NCBI GenBank assembly: GCA_000934665.2
Contig: JYFJ02003630.1
Span: forward strand, 1-39,407
Length of the DNA stretch: 39,407 nucleotides
Source: Catajapyx aquilonaris
Taxonomy: Eukaryota
Reading direction: 5' to 3'
Part shown: positions 1 to 11,148 of the stretch, piece by piece
Layout: every line of letters begins with the position of its first letter
How positions within the stretch are numbered: position 1 is the first letter of the stretch
Position numbers and translations under genes: made by a program
Notes under the pieces: model-generated
What the model was told of the DNA's origin: nothing
The model's input: only the letters and a program-made list of their open reading frames with translations
The model's database searches: none

Positions 1-547
1 TTGGAACTCGCGGTTTGGAACAGTGACGATGGCGGTAGTACTCCGTACGAGGCGATACCGCCATCACATGACGTACTACTAATTCGGATGCACCCTCACG
101 GGCTGCTCCAACAGCTGATGCACTCTTTTCAGGGAACGTCGGGCGCGCAGTAGTTTTCCCCTTTTAACTATAAATAATTCGTAAATGTACCGGCAAGCAA
201 CAATCCTGCGCGAGACGCTCCCTCTCATGAATTCGGCCCGGGTGTCATACCAAAGGTCTATGCAATCACAGTAGAACATGGTGACTCCACAGACAACATC
301 AGGGCAAATACATAGGGTACCCATGGTAACGCATTTATTTTTATCATCTATATCAGCATCATTATACAAAGCTTGTTGCTATGGTTACCAGAAAGCGGGA
401 CAGAACCTTTGGTGACATTAACAGTAGTTGCGGTTCCAGTATTAGTTTGGTGTGTATTGTAAAAATGGTTATTTGGGTGTTGCTTATGGTTTAGACGGGG
501 GGGAATGATGAGGCTGAAAACACTAATTTGGTTTTTCCATTTTTAAG

Positions 548-817
548 GCTGAGCAGCTGCTTGATTCTGGACATGCCTACCGCTGCTTCTGCTCCGAGCG
601 TCGACTAGCACTCCTTCGTGCCGACTCTCTCCGCCGCAGGCAGATTCCTGGGTATGACAACAGATGCAGGGCAATTCCAAGGAGTGAATCCGATACTCGT
701 GCTTCTGAAGCTCACTGCATACGACTAAAACTACCTCCAACTCCTTCACAGTGGGAAGACTTGATATTAGGGACACTTTCTCCTGGGCAGGAAGATGGAG
801 ATCCTGTCATTTTGAAG
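548..817 (+). CDS. EARS2: Mitochondrial glutamyl-tRNA synthetase, internal coding exon (5' exons with the HIGH motif are not seen in the window)
   Basis: Acceptor AG 546-547, donor GT 818. Translates AEQLLDSGHAYRCFCSERRLALLR...PGYDNRCR...EDGDPVILK, matching the GluRS AYxCFCS / YDNRCR / GDPVIxK region. 270 nt, phase 0/0. Not in the ORF track. Confidence 0.93.
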
Positions 818-1053
818 GTTTACATGACAACTAAACCAAACATGCTATTTGTCTCAATAGTGCTGAAGTATGTAGGGGTCACTTTTGTCTAACCAAAAAA
901 CAACAACGCGTATTTCATCAAACTAATTGACCAAAGATTTGCATGCAACATGCTCAACTGTGCCACCAAATAATTTTTATTGAATGCATTTTTTCATCCG
1001 CACTCACCAATAAACTTCATGTTGTCATTACATTAATCCAGTCCTTTTTTCAG

Positions 1054-1457
1054 CAAGACCGCTGGCCAACCTACCACCTGGCCAATGTAGTGGATGACTC
1101 CTTGATGCAAATCACCCACGTGCTGAGAGGCAGTGAGTGGGCCTCCTCCACCAGCAAGCACCTGGCTCTCTACTCAGCCCTGGGCCGGAAGCCACCTCTG
1201 TATGGACACCTCCCACTCATACTCAATGTGGATGGGTCAAAGGTGTCCAAGCGGAAGGGAGATGCCAGCCTGTCTGAACTACGCTCACAGGGGCACTGGC
1301 CACTCGCCATACTGAACTTTGTGGCCAGGGTGGGAGGGTCTGGTCTCTCTCCGCCAGCCAAGGGACAGGCTGCAGACTTGCTCACTTTGGACCAGATGGT
1401 GCAGCAGTTCGATCTGAAGCATGTGACGACCAATGCAGTCAAAGTGGACATGTCCAG
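1054..1457 (+). CDS. EARS2: EARS2 coding exon with KMSKS-equivalent motif
   Basis: ttttttcag acceptor. QDRWPTYHLANVVDDSLMQITHVLRGSEW...HLPLILNVDGSKVSKRKGD. Ends at AG|GCAAGT (GC donor), phase 2. Confidence 0.93.
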
Positions 1458-1584
1458 GCAAGTTGATTCCCACTACATACAAACAATAACAAAAATTTTA
1501 AACAATAACAGTTAAACTGAAATATTTTTGAATTAATTGCGCTCTATTGCAATTGACTTTTTGTCCTCTCATTATTTTTTTTAG

Positions 1585-1975
1585 GCTGGATGAGTTTGAT
1601 CGTTTTGAACTTGTCCGACAGGCTGGCAAGTCAGGGACTCGGTCCAGGATGGCTTCACTCATTCGTGGGTCCTACCCAGCGGTGACAGACAGACAGGTGG
1701 AGTTGGCCTTGGAGTTGGCCCGTGGACGAATTGGGAGGCTGGAGCAAGTGGCAGAAGAAATGCATTTCCTGTGGGAGAGGCCCAAAGCCGTTGGGATTAG
1801 ACCAGCTGATCTCAAGGTCCTTGCAAGAATGACAGAGCGTATTGGTCGCATGGGAGAAGAGGAGTTCAGGAAGGAGGCCTTGCAGGCAACCTTAAAACAG
1901 GTGTCTCCTGGGAAGGAGGATGGGGGATTCAAGAAGATGGCTACTGCCGCAAGGGTGGCACTCAGTGGATTGGAG
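1585..1975 (+). CDS. EARS2: EARS2 coding exon (anticodon-binding domain)
   Basis: tttttttag acceptor at 1583-1584. In frame with the previous exon (AG+G=Arg, LDEFDRFEL...ARVALSGLE). Donor GTGGGA at 1976. Confidence 0.88.
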
Positions 1976-2089
1976 GTGGGATGATCCACTGAAATATATG
2001 TAGGATCAAAGAGGTTTCTGTTACAATATAAGTAAGCAAAGAGCAAAATAGTGGCATTGTATAATATTGCACAATACTAAAACTAATTA

Positions 2090-2348
2090 GGGCGACACGG
2101 TGGCCGAGCGTTTAGCGCCGCAGCCTTCCACCTCTAAGGTCCCGAGTTCGATCCCCGAGTCGGACGGAGGATACTTATGTGGATAGAGTTTCGATGGGTT
2201 CTCTCCGTGTTCACGTGGGTTTTCTCGGGGTTCTCTCGTTTCCTCCCACTATCAAAATCCATCACATTACAGGCAAATGATTAAAGTCGGTAATTCTAAA
2301 GATGATCCCCTAAGAGGCCCAAGGGGCCTATCACGGAGTATCCATTAT
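2090..2348 (+). mobile_element. tRNA-derived SINE with V-SINE-like core, in EARS2 intron
   Basis: A-box TGGCCGAGCG (2101), B-box GAGTTCGATCCC (~2144), core TTCTCTCCGTGTTCACGTGGGTTTTCTCGGGGTTCTCTCGTTTCCTCCCAC, short (ATT)n tail, perfect 15-bp TSD TACTAAAACTAATTA at 2075-2089 and 2349-2363. Confidence 0.88.
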
Positions 2349-2754
2349 TACTAAAACTAATTAACTAAACTTGTAACTTGAGTTCAAAAAGCACTAACTT
2401 TATATCTTCTATGCCTACAACAGCCTTATGAATTATTTAAAACATTAAAAGATAAAATAACTATAAAGCCTGAGGTAAAATGGGTATAAAAACACCTTTT
2501 TTGGATTTGTTGTTCAATTTCAATAATTAATAGGTGGATATACAGTACCTATAGCAGGCAAAACTAATATAGGGATATGCAATTAGTTTTGGGCGCCATT
2601 GCGTAGTTGATGCGTATGGCGCCGTCAAAGTTTCGTGATGTCACATCTGTTCTGCTAGCTATAAAGAAGCAAAAGCTATCTCGAGGGCCTCCGAACAATC
2701 CAGCCTTGGGTCCGTTACACATCGTCCATGTGCAATAGGTGATCAAATCCCGTT

Positions 2755-2925
2755 GGGGAGGCGGAGTGGCGCTGCGGTAATGTATGCACCCACGGATGTT
2801 GGGGTCCCGGGTTCTATCCCAACTCGGGGTCTCCCTCCTCATCTCGTGCAGAGTTGGGTCGTCTCTGGCTTTGTTTCTGGTGGAATCTCCTACAGACTAA
2901 TCCACCCGACATAAATGTTAATAAA
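2755..2925 (+). mobile_element. Second, more degenerate tRNA-derived SINE-like sequence
   Basis: A-box-like TGGCGCTGCGG (2767-2777), B-box-like GGGTTCTATCCC (2809-2820), A-rich 3' end. No TSD found. Confidence 0.5.
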
Positions 2926-3324
2926 AAAGTTTTTCGTGTATTCACAAAGCATGTAACTGGATAAAAATATTATTTTAGGTCCCCTTTTTTTCATGTCTGT
3001 AGTGTCAGTAACGAAGGAAGTTTTTTCTGTATTAAAAACTACTCATTTTACCTCACATGACCCTACTCATTAGGTTAATTTAATTTGTAGCTTTTTGAAT
3101 GATTTAATTAGGCTAATTTTGGAGTAACATAAATAAGTAAATTTTAGAAGTAATTGGCATTACCGTTCATTTAAAAAACCGTGATGGTTTATTTTTTTAA
3201 ACCACTTGATTTAAACCATGGTTTGAGCCACGGTGTAAACCAGTCAACCCTGCAAGAAACCTCGAGTCAGTAAACTTTTCATGTATGGGCAAGTCTGAAC
3301 TTTAATTAAAATTATTCTTTGCAG

Positions 3325-3435
3325 AAAGGACCATCAGTAGCGGAAATGATGGAAGCCCTTGGACGGAGTGAGACTTTGGCCAGGTTGGAAATTGCACTCC
3401 GTGAAGTTACTGCCGTTGTGGAAGAGAAAAGCTGA
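3325..3435 (+). CDS. EARS2: EARS2 terminal coding exon
   Basis: ttctttgcag acceptor. KGPSVAEMMEALGRSETLARLEIALREVTAVVEEKS* (GluRS C-terminal GPxxxEMMxxLG motif). TGA at 3433-3435. Confidence 0.9.
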   Translation, partial: KGPSVAEMMEALGRSETLARLEIALREVTAVVEEKS

Positions 3436-3673
3436 ACATTACGTGCCCATGCCAATGCGAAACTCAACCCAGTTCCAGAGGCATTTTTTTGGTCTCTCAG
3501 CGATCCTCGAAGAGCTGCTCTTATGCCTACATTTGGATATTATAAAATGTTTGGCATAAAATGCACTTACTGTACCAAAGCTGGTAGTAATTTTGTGATG
3601 ATAAACATTATCTGTAAAATTGCACTGTACAATTATTTGTTAGCATCACTTGTGCATATTTCTAGCACTTTTA

Positions 3674-4534
3674 AGGCCCATACACACAGGTCGTCGTTGA
3701 CGGTTTCGGTTTTTGATTGCGTTGACGCCGCGGACCAATGGGGAACTAGCCTTGGTCTGGGATTTGGAATTTTTGTTCATAACTAGCTAGCCCATGCCTG
3801 TAAACATACATTCCATCACTCTGTTGCATCAAAATGACATTACTGGATAAATTACGACACATTTAAAAGTGCCTTCAAAATTGGCGGGAAAAAAGGACTG
3901 GCCGGGTGGTGCCAATCGAAAGGGTACTCTGAAATGCCTGGTTGACTGCGAGATATGAGGAATTTGACTTTGAATTAACCGCGGACACGACGGAAAGCAT
4001 TCGCAAGGCGGCTGTAGGCCATCGAGGTGGAGAAGGGGGGCCTTCATGTGCCGAATTCGGGTGACAGATAATTCCTACCAGTTGGCACCACTGTCAGCCC
4101 AGAAGCGACTTGAGCGGCCTGGAATAAATACGCGCCCCGGCCGCTATCTTCCTCACGGAATGGGACGGTTGCTAACAACAGCGAAGCATTTTACAACAAT
4201 GACGGGGCGCGTTCTATAACACCCTTTTTGCGTTCATTTCACTTCGCGTGACGTCAACATTTTCTAGGGAAACAGTGACGTCACCATTTCCCTACATAAA
4301 AACCCCAATATCTCCGGAACTGAAACTGATATCTTAAAACGGAATATGCCAAAAAAATCCAAAAAATTTGGCCGAATTTATTATGTAGTTTCCAAAATGA
4401 AGGCTAGTTCCCCATTATGACTCATGTAAACAAGCGCAACCATTGTTAACAGCTCGTTTACATGAGTCATGATTGGTCCGCGGTGTCAACGCAACGAAAA
4501 ACCAAAACCTTCGACGGCCTGTGTGTATGGGCCT
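3674..4534. mobile_element. PIF/Harbinger-type non-autonomous element (MITE)
   Basis: Imperfect ~55-bp TIRs AGGCCCATACACACAGG...GCGTTGACGCCGCGGACCAAT / ATTGGTCCGCGGTGTCAACGC...CCTGTGTGTATGGGCCT, flanked by TTA (3671-3673, 4535-4537). No recognisable coding sequence. Confidence 0.85.
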
Positions 4535-5111
4535 TTATGTAGTATTATTTCGACTGCGCCATATCCTTGCCTTGTTGTTTCCATATATCGCCTGTTAAGG
4601 CAAAACTGAAGGGACTATCTCTTACTTGCTTTGTGTGGTATTGGGATTTTGGGAAGGAAAGGTCATGTTACTATTTTGAGCAGTTTTCAAATCATTCAGA
4701 ATTTATCTAGCCGCACACACTAAATTTGTCCTTGGCCTTTGAGGATTTTTAGATACGTTGCTGGCTTTACTTGGCATTATGTAACTCAACTCAGGTGTTT
4801 TCTGCTAACCCTGCCAGTCCTGAAAGGTCAAAAATGGCCCATGTTGTCTCACTTTAAAATCGTGACATCGAACAGTTTTAGACAAATTACATGTGACCGT
4901 ACAGTTGCTTACAGCTGGCTGATAAGACAAATTGCTTCTCAAACATTTCAACCCGTACTTCCAGTTTAAAGTCAACAGTATGCACTTCAGGCGCTGACAA
5001 TATCAGATAACAATTCTGCTGATAAGACTAAAGCCACGCGACTCTTGCATTTTAAATCAATTCGGGTCACGTATGCCTGATACTTGAGAAGTCGGCGTCA
5101 TTCAGGTGCAC

Positions 5112-5146
5112 TATATAAGAAGTAGGGTATGCTGTTACAGGTCACT
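5112..5146 (+). promoter_or_regulatory. Candidate core promoter of the IR gene (TATA box plus Inr-like TCACT)
   Basis: TATATAA at 5112-5118, TCACT at 5142-5146 (about 30 nt spacing). Three GATAA motifs upstream (~4921, ~5006, ~5020). Confidence 0.45.
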
Positions 5147-7093
5147 ACAATGAAGTCCATTGTCATCATTGTATTCACTTTGGTGCAGCAGCTTCTAACA
5201 TCGCTGCTGCCTGACCATCACTCTGAAGATGACCTGGTGGCCTCGATTGTCAATGAAGCAGCTGGCCGGATGCCGGAATGTGCCTTTATATTGGCCCATG
5301 ATTACAGAATATTACCATCAGCTTTCTCCGATGTGTTGAAGGACACCAGTAATCGGAACCAAGTGTCGCTCCCGATACAATGGAATCCCTCCATTCCACT
5401 GTCGCCCAGGGTTTCAGCACCGGGTCAGTTCGAGTACTGGTTCTCATGGCTGGAGCGACCCACTGCACAGCCAATAGCCAACTGCATGTTCATCGCCATG
5501 ATTAGCATACAGGGTCAGTACTCACGGATGATGAACTACGTTGCAAGTTTGGTCAAGATCGATCCGCCATACAATCGGGTTCTCTACTTCGGCTGGGACG
5601 TCCGGAATGAAATGATCGGAAACGATTTGTTCAAGTACCAGATGGGCCTTGTGAAGAATGAGTCATCCAACTCTGTGGCGATCATGAACAAATGTTGGTA
5701 CTGCAATAATGGAGACCCTGCCTTGCTGACCAGGGGTGAGTACAATGCTTCTGGAGTCACTCCCAGTGACCTGGAGCTGTATCCAGACTACACCACGGAC
5801 CTGCAAGGAAAGCATATCAACATCTCTTTTGTGATCGAGACCACTCCAGAAGACATCCGTTACATACTCGCCAACCGTCTGCCCATGTTTCCCTACTGCT
5901 TCATGTTCCTGGATGCAGGAGACTACCTGAACTTCGACTGGCACCTGGAATCACCCGAGGAGCTCCCTGGAATACCCGGAAACACTCGTCTGCCTGATGG
6001 AAACTGGACTGGAATCATTGGGGTTCTGCACAGGAAGGAGGCTGTCCTAGGGGCCAACTACTGCACGACCAAGAGTATCGGTATGGTTGACATCCCATCG
6101 TGCTCCATCAATGCTCCGATCACATTTGTCAGACGAGTCCCACAACCTATATTCTCCTGGACATCCATGTTCAAGCCATACACCCGAGGGATGTGGGCCT
6201 GTGTCACCCTGTCTGGCCTGATCACCAGCATGATCTTCCTGCTCCTTCTGAAGATGCAGTATCCAATCAGGTATCCTTTCCCAGAAGACCTTCAACCACC
6301 ACGATACGACGTCCTGTACTCCTTCCGTTACGTGTTTTCCGCCCTGATTGAAGAGAATCCCAACCTGATCCCGACCCCATCTTCATTGAGAGTACTGATC
6401 TGCTTCTGGTGGCTCTTCTGCGATCTGATTGTCTGTGGATACGAAGCCAAGTTCTTCGGGTTCCTGGTATCACCGGACATGGAGCGTCTACCGAATGACT
6501 TCCAGGAGATGGCTTCTTGGCCCAACTGGCAGTGGGGCTCGATGGACTTGATTGCGGCTCAGATCAAGTCTGCTATTGAGCCATCTGAACTGGACTATCA
6601 CAAAGTGGTCCTGGAGAAGATGCAAGATGGTAAGGACATGACCAGTTGTGTGAAGAGGGCCATGAAGGAAGATTTCAGCTGCGTGTCTGTCGACGCTGTT
6701 TTGTACGCCGTGGCATACCAGCAGATGGACTTGGAAGGAAGGGTTCCTGTGGAGGTGTCCAGCGACATGTCCCTCAACATCCACGCCGGGATATCCGTAG
6801 TTAAGTACTCTTTCTTAGGTCCGGCTCTGAAGAGGCATGTGCAAAGATGGAATCAGGCAGGGTTGGATGTGATGTACCTTGATTTCTTTGTGCAAGCCGT
6901 AGCCTTTATGAGTCTGAAGTCGGCCAGAAAGGAGAAGTTGTCATATGCATTGTCGATGGAGCTCAAGATCAGTCAGTTGAAAGGCCCGTTTGTCATGCAC
7001 TGTGGGTTCATGTTAGTTGCGGCTCTGGCTTTTGTCTGCGAGGTAGTTCGCTTCAGATATGTTATTAAAGCCGATCAGTCTTCAGAAAACTAG
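5129..7093 (+). CDS. Divergent ionotropic receptor (IR, variant iGluR family), single exon, 654 aa; start may be the second ATG at 5150
   Basis: S1 motif DGNWTGIIGVLHRKEAVLG; pre-M1 FKPYTRGMW plus hydrophobic M1; SLRVLICFWWLFCDLIVCGYEAKFFGFLVSP (SYTANL-equivalent); LKISQLKGPF plus last TM ending AFVCE; hydrophobic N-terminus. Confidence 0.92.
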   Translation: MLLQVTTMKSIVIIVFTLVQQLLTSLLPDHHSEDDLVASIVNEAAGRMPECAFILAHDYRILPSAFSDVLKDTSNRNQVSLPIQWNPSIPLSPRVSAPGQFEYWFSWLERPTAQPIANCMFIAMISIQGQYSRMMNYVASLVKIDPPYNRVLYFGWDVRNEMIGNDLFKYQMGLVKNESSNSVAIMNKCWYCNNGDPALLTRGEYNASGVTPSDLELYPDYTTDLQGKHINISFVIETTPEDIRYILANRLPMFPYCFMFLDAGDYLNFDWHLESPEELPGIPGNTRLPDGNWTGIIGVLHRKEAVLGANYCTTKSIGMVDIPSCSINAPITFVRRVPQPIFSWTSMFKPYTRGMWACVTLSGLITSMIFLLLLKMQYPIRYPFPEDLQPPRYDVLYSFRYVFSALIEENPNLIPTPSSLRVLICFWWLFCDLIVCGYEAKFFGFLVSPDMERLPNDFQEMASWPNWQWGSMDLIAAQIKSAIEPSELDYHKVVLEKMQDGKDMTSCVKRAMKEDFSCVSVDAVLYAVAYQQMDLEGRVPVEVSSDMSLNIHAGISVVKYSFLGPALKRHVQRWNQAGLDVMYLDFFVQAVAFMSLKSARKEKLSYALSMELKISQLKGPFVMHCGFMLVAALAFVCEVVRFRYVIKADQSSEN

Positions 7094-7184
7094 GATATGG
7101 TACATCACAATCTTAAGCACATGGGGCAAATGGTCGGCACCAATTCATGAACCTAATTAATTTGCAATATTTCAATATGAAAAA

Positions 7185-7190
7185 AATAAA
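7185..7190 (+). terminator. Candidate polyadenylation signal of the IR gene
   Basis: AATAAA 92 nt after the stop codon; a second one near 7244. Confidence 0.45.
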
Positions 7191-8160
7191 CAATTCTTTC
7201 GGAGAGATTTTATCGCCCTTCATGTAGTTTGTGTGTGACGAATAATAAATACTTGCTAGCCAAAAAGAAGTCTATACTTTGGTATATTTTCTTCCCCTTA
7301 TTGTTCCCTACCCTTGTTTCCATACAATATGATTTACTCTGAAAAATCTGGAAGCCTAATTAGCAATGGATACATAATAATTATGAAAATCAGGGATTCG
7401 AACCAGGCGCGCATATTCTCAATGGGTCGTTTTGTGCTGCCATCTCCCGTCGGGTGGTTGAACAGATGGGTTCCTCTCCCTGCCACCACTAGGCGTCAGG
7501 CGCTGGTTACCCTCTCTATACTCGCCCCACTCGGAATAGAACAAGTTCGGACTTGGCTTGATGGGACGCCCGCTGCCTTCTTCCTCCCACCCCACCCAGG
7601 ACGCCTCTGGGTCTGGTCCAGGGGCGGCCCAGGGGCAGGGGTCGAGTCCTACAAACAGGTGAGCAGACGTAGCTTGCAACCAGGGGCCGCCCCCCACTCA
7701 CGCAACGGCCCCAGACAGACCGGTGCTTTCAGGCTTCTATCGGGTACCTCCCTGACCGGCATGGTAGGCCTGCTTCGGGCCTGTACTCATTCGAGTCCTT
7801 GTCTGGCCGCTTTGTGTCGGCCAGACCAGGCAGTAGAATGTGCCCACCCTTTGCTGCCTAGTTTGGCCACACATTGATCGCAAGCACAAATTACGGGGTG
7901 TTAGCCAGCCATGTCGGCGGGGCACCAGTTATGATTTCACTTTGCCACATGGCTCGTTGTTCATGCGGGATCAACACTTTTTTGACGTTGACCCAACGTT
8001 GCCAGATCCTAGGTGGCGACGATTCAGATGGTTGGGGGAGAAACGGCAGCTTATTTTGCACACCCGCTTTTAGCATTGCGAAAACCTGTGCGGCTTTTCC
8101 ATTGCAAAATTGACATAGAATATGTACGCTCATTTTTTGGGCATAATTTTTCTGGCAATG

Positions 8161-8327
8161 CAGTAAAGCCTCAATATAATGCTCTTCAAGGGACCACCCA
8201 AAAGTAGCGTTATAAGCAGGATATGCTATATGTGGGAACATTTACATTAGGCATTATGGGGCAGATCAAGGGAAAAAAGAAGTGTTAAAAGCGTAATATC
8301 CAGGAGCGTTATATCGAGGTTTTACTC
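8161..8327. mobile_element. Small pogo/Tigger-type (Tc1/mariner superfamily) MITE
   Basis: Imperfect TIRs CAGTAAAGCCTCAATATAATG / CGTTATATCGAGGTTTTACTC followed by TA; resembles the CAGTAAAACCTCG.TATAA pogo terminus. Confidence 0.65.
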
Positions 8328-8484
8328 TATTGGATGGCGGCTGAATTTTAAAGCTGCCAAATTTAACCAGGGTTGACAATTATATTTTACTGTATTCAAA
8401 GTGTCCCAAGCTAACATAGTGCCGGATAGAGCATGCTTCTGTAGTGACCTGGATGTTTCATATGGGGGAAAAGGGAGACGTGGG

Positions 8485-8997
8485 CAATTGATCACTTGCC
8501 AGATGCGCGCCTCTCCCTGCCAAATTTGGCCTGCCATCAAAATGGCGGCGGAAGCTGTGCGTCGGAGGAATATTGTATCCCTGCCCATGTTAAATGGGCT
8601 CTGCTTGCTTACGTCTGGGGGGTCTGGCCCCGGGGCAGATCTTGTTGACATATTTTTTTGTGGAGTGAGGAGGTTCCTGGCCTGCCCTCACCAGTTTACA
8701 AGAGTTAATTGGCCCCCGGGCGGACTGCCCACCATCACAAAATCACTCCTGGGGCAGTCCGCCCAGGGGCCAATTAACTCTTGTAAACTGGTGAGGGCAG
8801 GCCAGGAACCTCCTCACTCCACGAAAAAATATGTCAACAAGATCTGCCCCGGGGCCAGACCCCCACACGTGAGTAAGCAGAGGCCACATAACATGGGCAG
8901 GGATACAAGATTCCCGCCAATGCACAACTAACGATGCCATTTTGATGGCAGGCCAAATTTGGCCGCGGGAGGCGCGCAACTGGAAAGTCATCAATTG
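8485..8997. repeat. Long inverted repeat (foldback), arms ~246 bp, loop ~21 nt
   Basis: 8485-8730 is the reverse complement of 8752-8997, near perfect over the inner ~110 bp and more diverged outward. Confidence 0.95.
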
Positions 8998-9228
8998 TGC
9001 ATGGCATGTGTGGTACCGTAATGGAGAAATGGCCATGAAAGAGTGAAAGACGAGCAGAGATTTGCACCAATTTCTCTGATGGGAAGTACAGATTTTGTTT
9101 TAATGACTTGTCCTGCTTTATTCCATTGTAACCAAACCACACAGTGTAAAATTTATACCCTGCGGATATGTTGGTAATGAGAGGAGAATTACGCTGTACA
9201 GTATAACCAATGCTGACATTGTTTTCAG

Positions 9229-9324
9229 GTTATGGATGATGCTTCCACATTTCCTGGGGCTAACAATACTTCCTGGAGCTGCTGCGGGATGATCTGAAGC
9301 TGGGGAGGAACACCGTTACTGCAG
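9229..9324 (+). ncRNA. Candidate non-coding spliced exon
   Basis: Branch-like GCTGAC (9212), ttgttttcag acceptor, CAG|GTGAAT donor. Stops in all three frames. Confidence 0.35.
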
Positions 9325-9715
9325 GTGAATTATCCAGTTGAATTACAGCATTTGATTTAGGATGTTTAGGGTTGAGTGGCCAGTATTGAAAAAATCTATA
9401 GCAAGTACTAGTAATGTTTGTCTGGACTGAGTCAACCAGTGCATTGGGCTGCAGTAATAATTAGGTACAGTGCGTACCTCAAAACAGTCTTGCATGGACC
9501 TGTATTGCCCTTATCAGGAATGCAGGTTTTTTGTGCCCATTTTTGACATAGTACCCTGGTTATAGGGCAGAGCTAGGAGGGAAGGTGCAAGTGCAGTGTC
9601 GTTGCTCGGTCATTCTATGAGTTCCCCAGGGTGGTTAGTCTAATAGATGGAGGCAGAAATGATCCATCTCTTCATATCAATTCTGTGCACAAATTTTTTT
9701 CATATAACGAAATGG

Positions 9716-9984
9716 CTGGACATTAATTCCGTTGTACTGCTAGTGACATTTTCAATGCAGCAGAAGTGCCCATGAAATTGATGGCGGTCGAACCGTGTGA
9801 GTGAGAAATGGTAGGCTGCCTTGGGTGACGTCATCGGCTGGGGGGGACAAGCCCCCATTGCCCCCAGCCAGTGATGTCACCCAAGGCCTGCCATTTCTCA
9901 CTCACGCGGTTCGCACTCCTTCAATTAAATTTGCACTTCTGCATTGGAAAATGTCACTTGCAGTATGACAGAATTAACGTCGAG
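9716..9984. repeat. Second foldback / palindromic MITE, arms ~125 bp
   Basis: TTAATTC...GTGACATTTTCAATGCAG...GTGAGTGAGAAATGG...CCTTGGGTGACGTCA...GGCTGGGGG is mirrored across a short loop near 9850. Confidence 0.85.
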
Positions 9985-10395
9985 CACTGTACAGATAGCT
10001 TTTGCACTTGGTCATAGGTGGTGAGTTTGGATTATGCACAAATGGGAGGTAATAAATATCTTGCAAGTGATAAGTCAGTCATGGTCTGTAAATTATGTAC
10101 TACTTTGTAATTGTTTTGTAATAATTAGATGTGATTATGAGGTAATATGTTGAGAAGCATGTCCTTCGTCAGTGGGAGATGGAGGCCAATTTTTTCCATA
10201 TAGGCCTGCATATCACGGCCATCATAAACCCAATGTATACGGTCTGGGGGGGTCTGTGAATTTTTAGTAGGTACTTCACGAAAAGTCTAAAGAATCTCAG
10301 CTGTCGGGGGAACCCCTGTTTCTAAGTGAAGATAATGTGCTGCATTATGGGGTAATTGTAAAAAAAATTAAAAATAAAAGTAGTTTTGAACCAGA

Positions 10396-10650
10396 TCAAT
10401 AGTTTGAGGTGCCCCACACTTGAGCTTTGTGTAGTATGATAGGGGCTATTTGAGTGTGGAAAAGTTTGACTGCAACGTTTATGACCCGCAATTTCAAGTT
10501 CATCAGTATGGACCAGAGCCCATTAATAGCTGCAATAGCTTTCTTTTTGAAAATTTTTGATGCGATGGTGAATTTTCCCGAGGCAAAAAAGGGGACTCCC
10601 AAGTAGGTGGAGGACGAGGCCCAGAGAATCAGGAAATTGTCCCAATAAAA
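10396..10650 (-). mobile_element. Non-LTR retrotransposon RT C-terminal fragment
   Basis: TYLGVPF...KKAIAA...KLFHTQIAPIILHKAQVWG, the YLG / LFxxxIxPxxxYGxxVWG region of LINE RTs. Confidence 0.75.
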
Positions 10651-11148
10651 AGTGACTGGAAGAAACAGGGTCTGCTCAGAGCTGGGGGCAAGGAATGGTT
10701 TTACGTTCCACAACAGTGTGGAAAGCAAACCGCGCTATGTTTTTTTGGGGGAGGGGGCTCTGTGGCGGGGTCAAACTGTCACTTGCCATTCAGTCGTCAT
10801 TCAACTCGAGGGGGTCGTACCACCTGGTATGTCGACAGTATCGCAGCATCTTTCAGTGGATACCCATATCACGCACGTGTTATCTGTATTTTCATTATTA
10901 TAGGCTTCGTTCAATAAGGTCGAGTTAGGTTTATCTTGAAAATGCAACATAGTTTGAGTTCCATATTCAATTATTTTACAACTTCATTGTCATGTGTAAA
11001 GGAAATAAGGAGTGGGGATTTATTAATAATTCTCCGATCTGTCATGCAGTAGAATTCACAATGGAGTTAATTCATATTTAATTTTGAAGGTCGCATCAGT
11101 ATTCTTGATGGCTTTTTTTAGTGCAGAAAGGTACCACTGACATGCATG

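Noticed and set aside
79..369. 96-aa minus-strand ORF or upstream EARS2 exon
   Set aside because: No recognisable domain and no HIGH-region sequence; probably intronic.
2090..2165. tRNA gene
   Set aside because: A/B boxes continue into a SINE body with tail and TSD; no convincing cloverleaf.
7314..8241. 187-aa ORF and neighbours; possible solo LTR
   Set aside because: GC-rich open frames without recognisable motifs; no TG..CA ends with TSD could be established.
8322..9142. Overlapping ORFs on both strands with matching peptides
   Set aside because: Artefact of the long inverted repeat.
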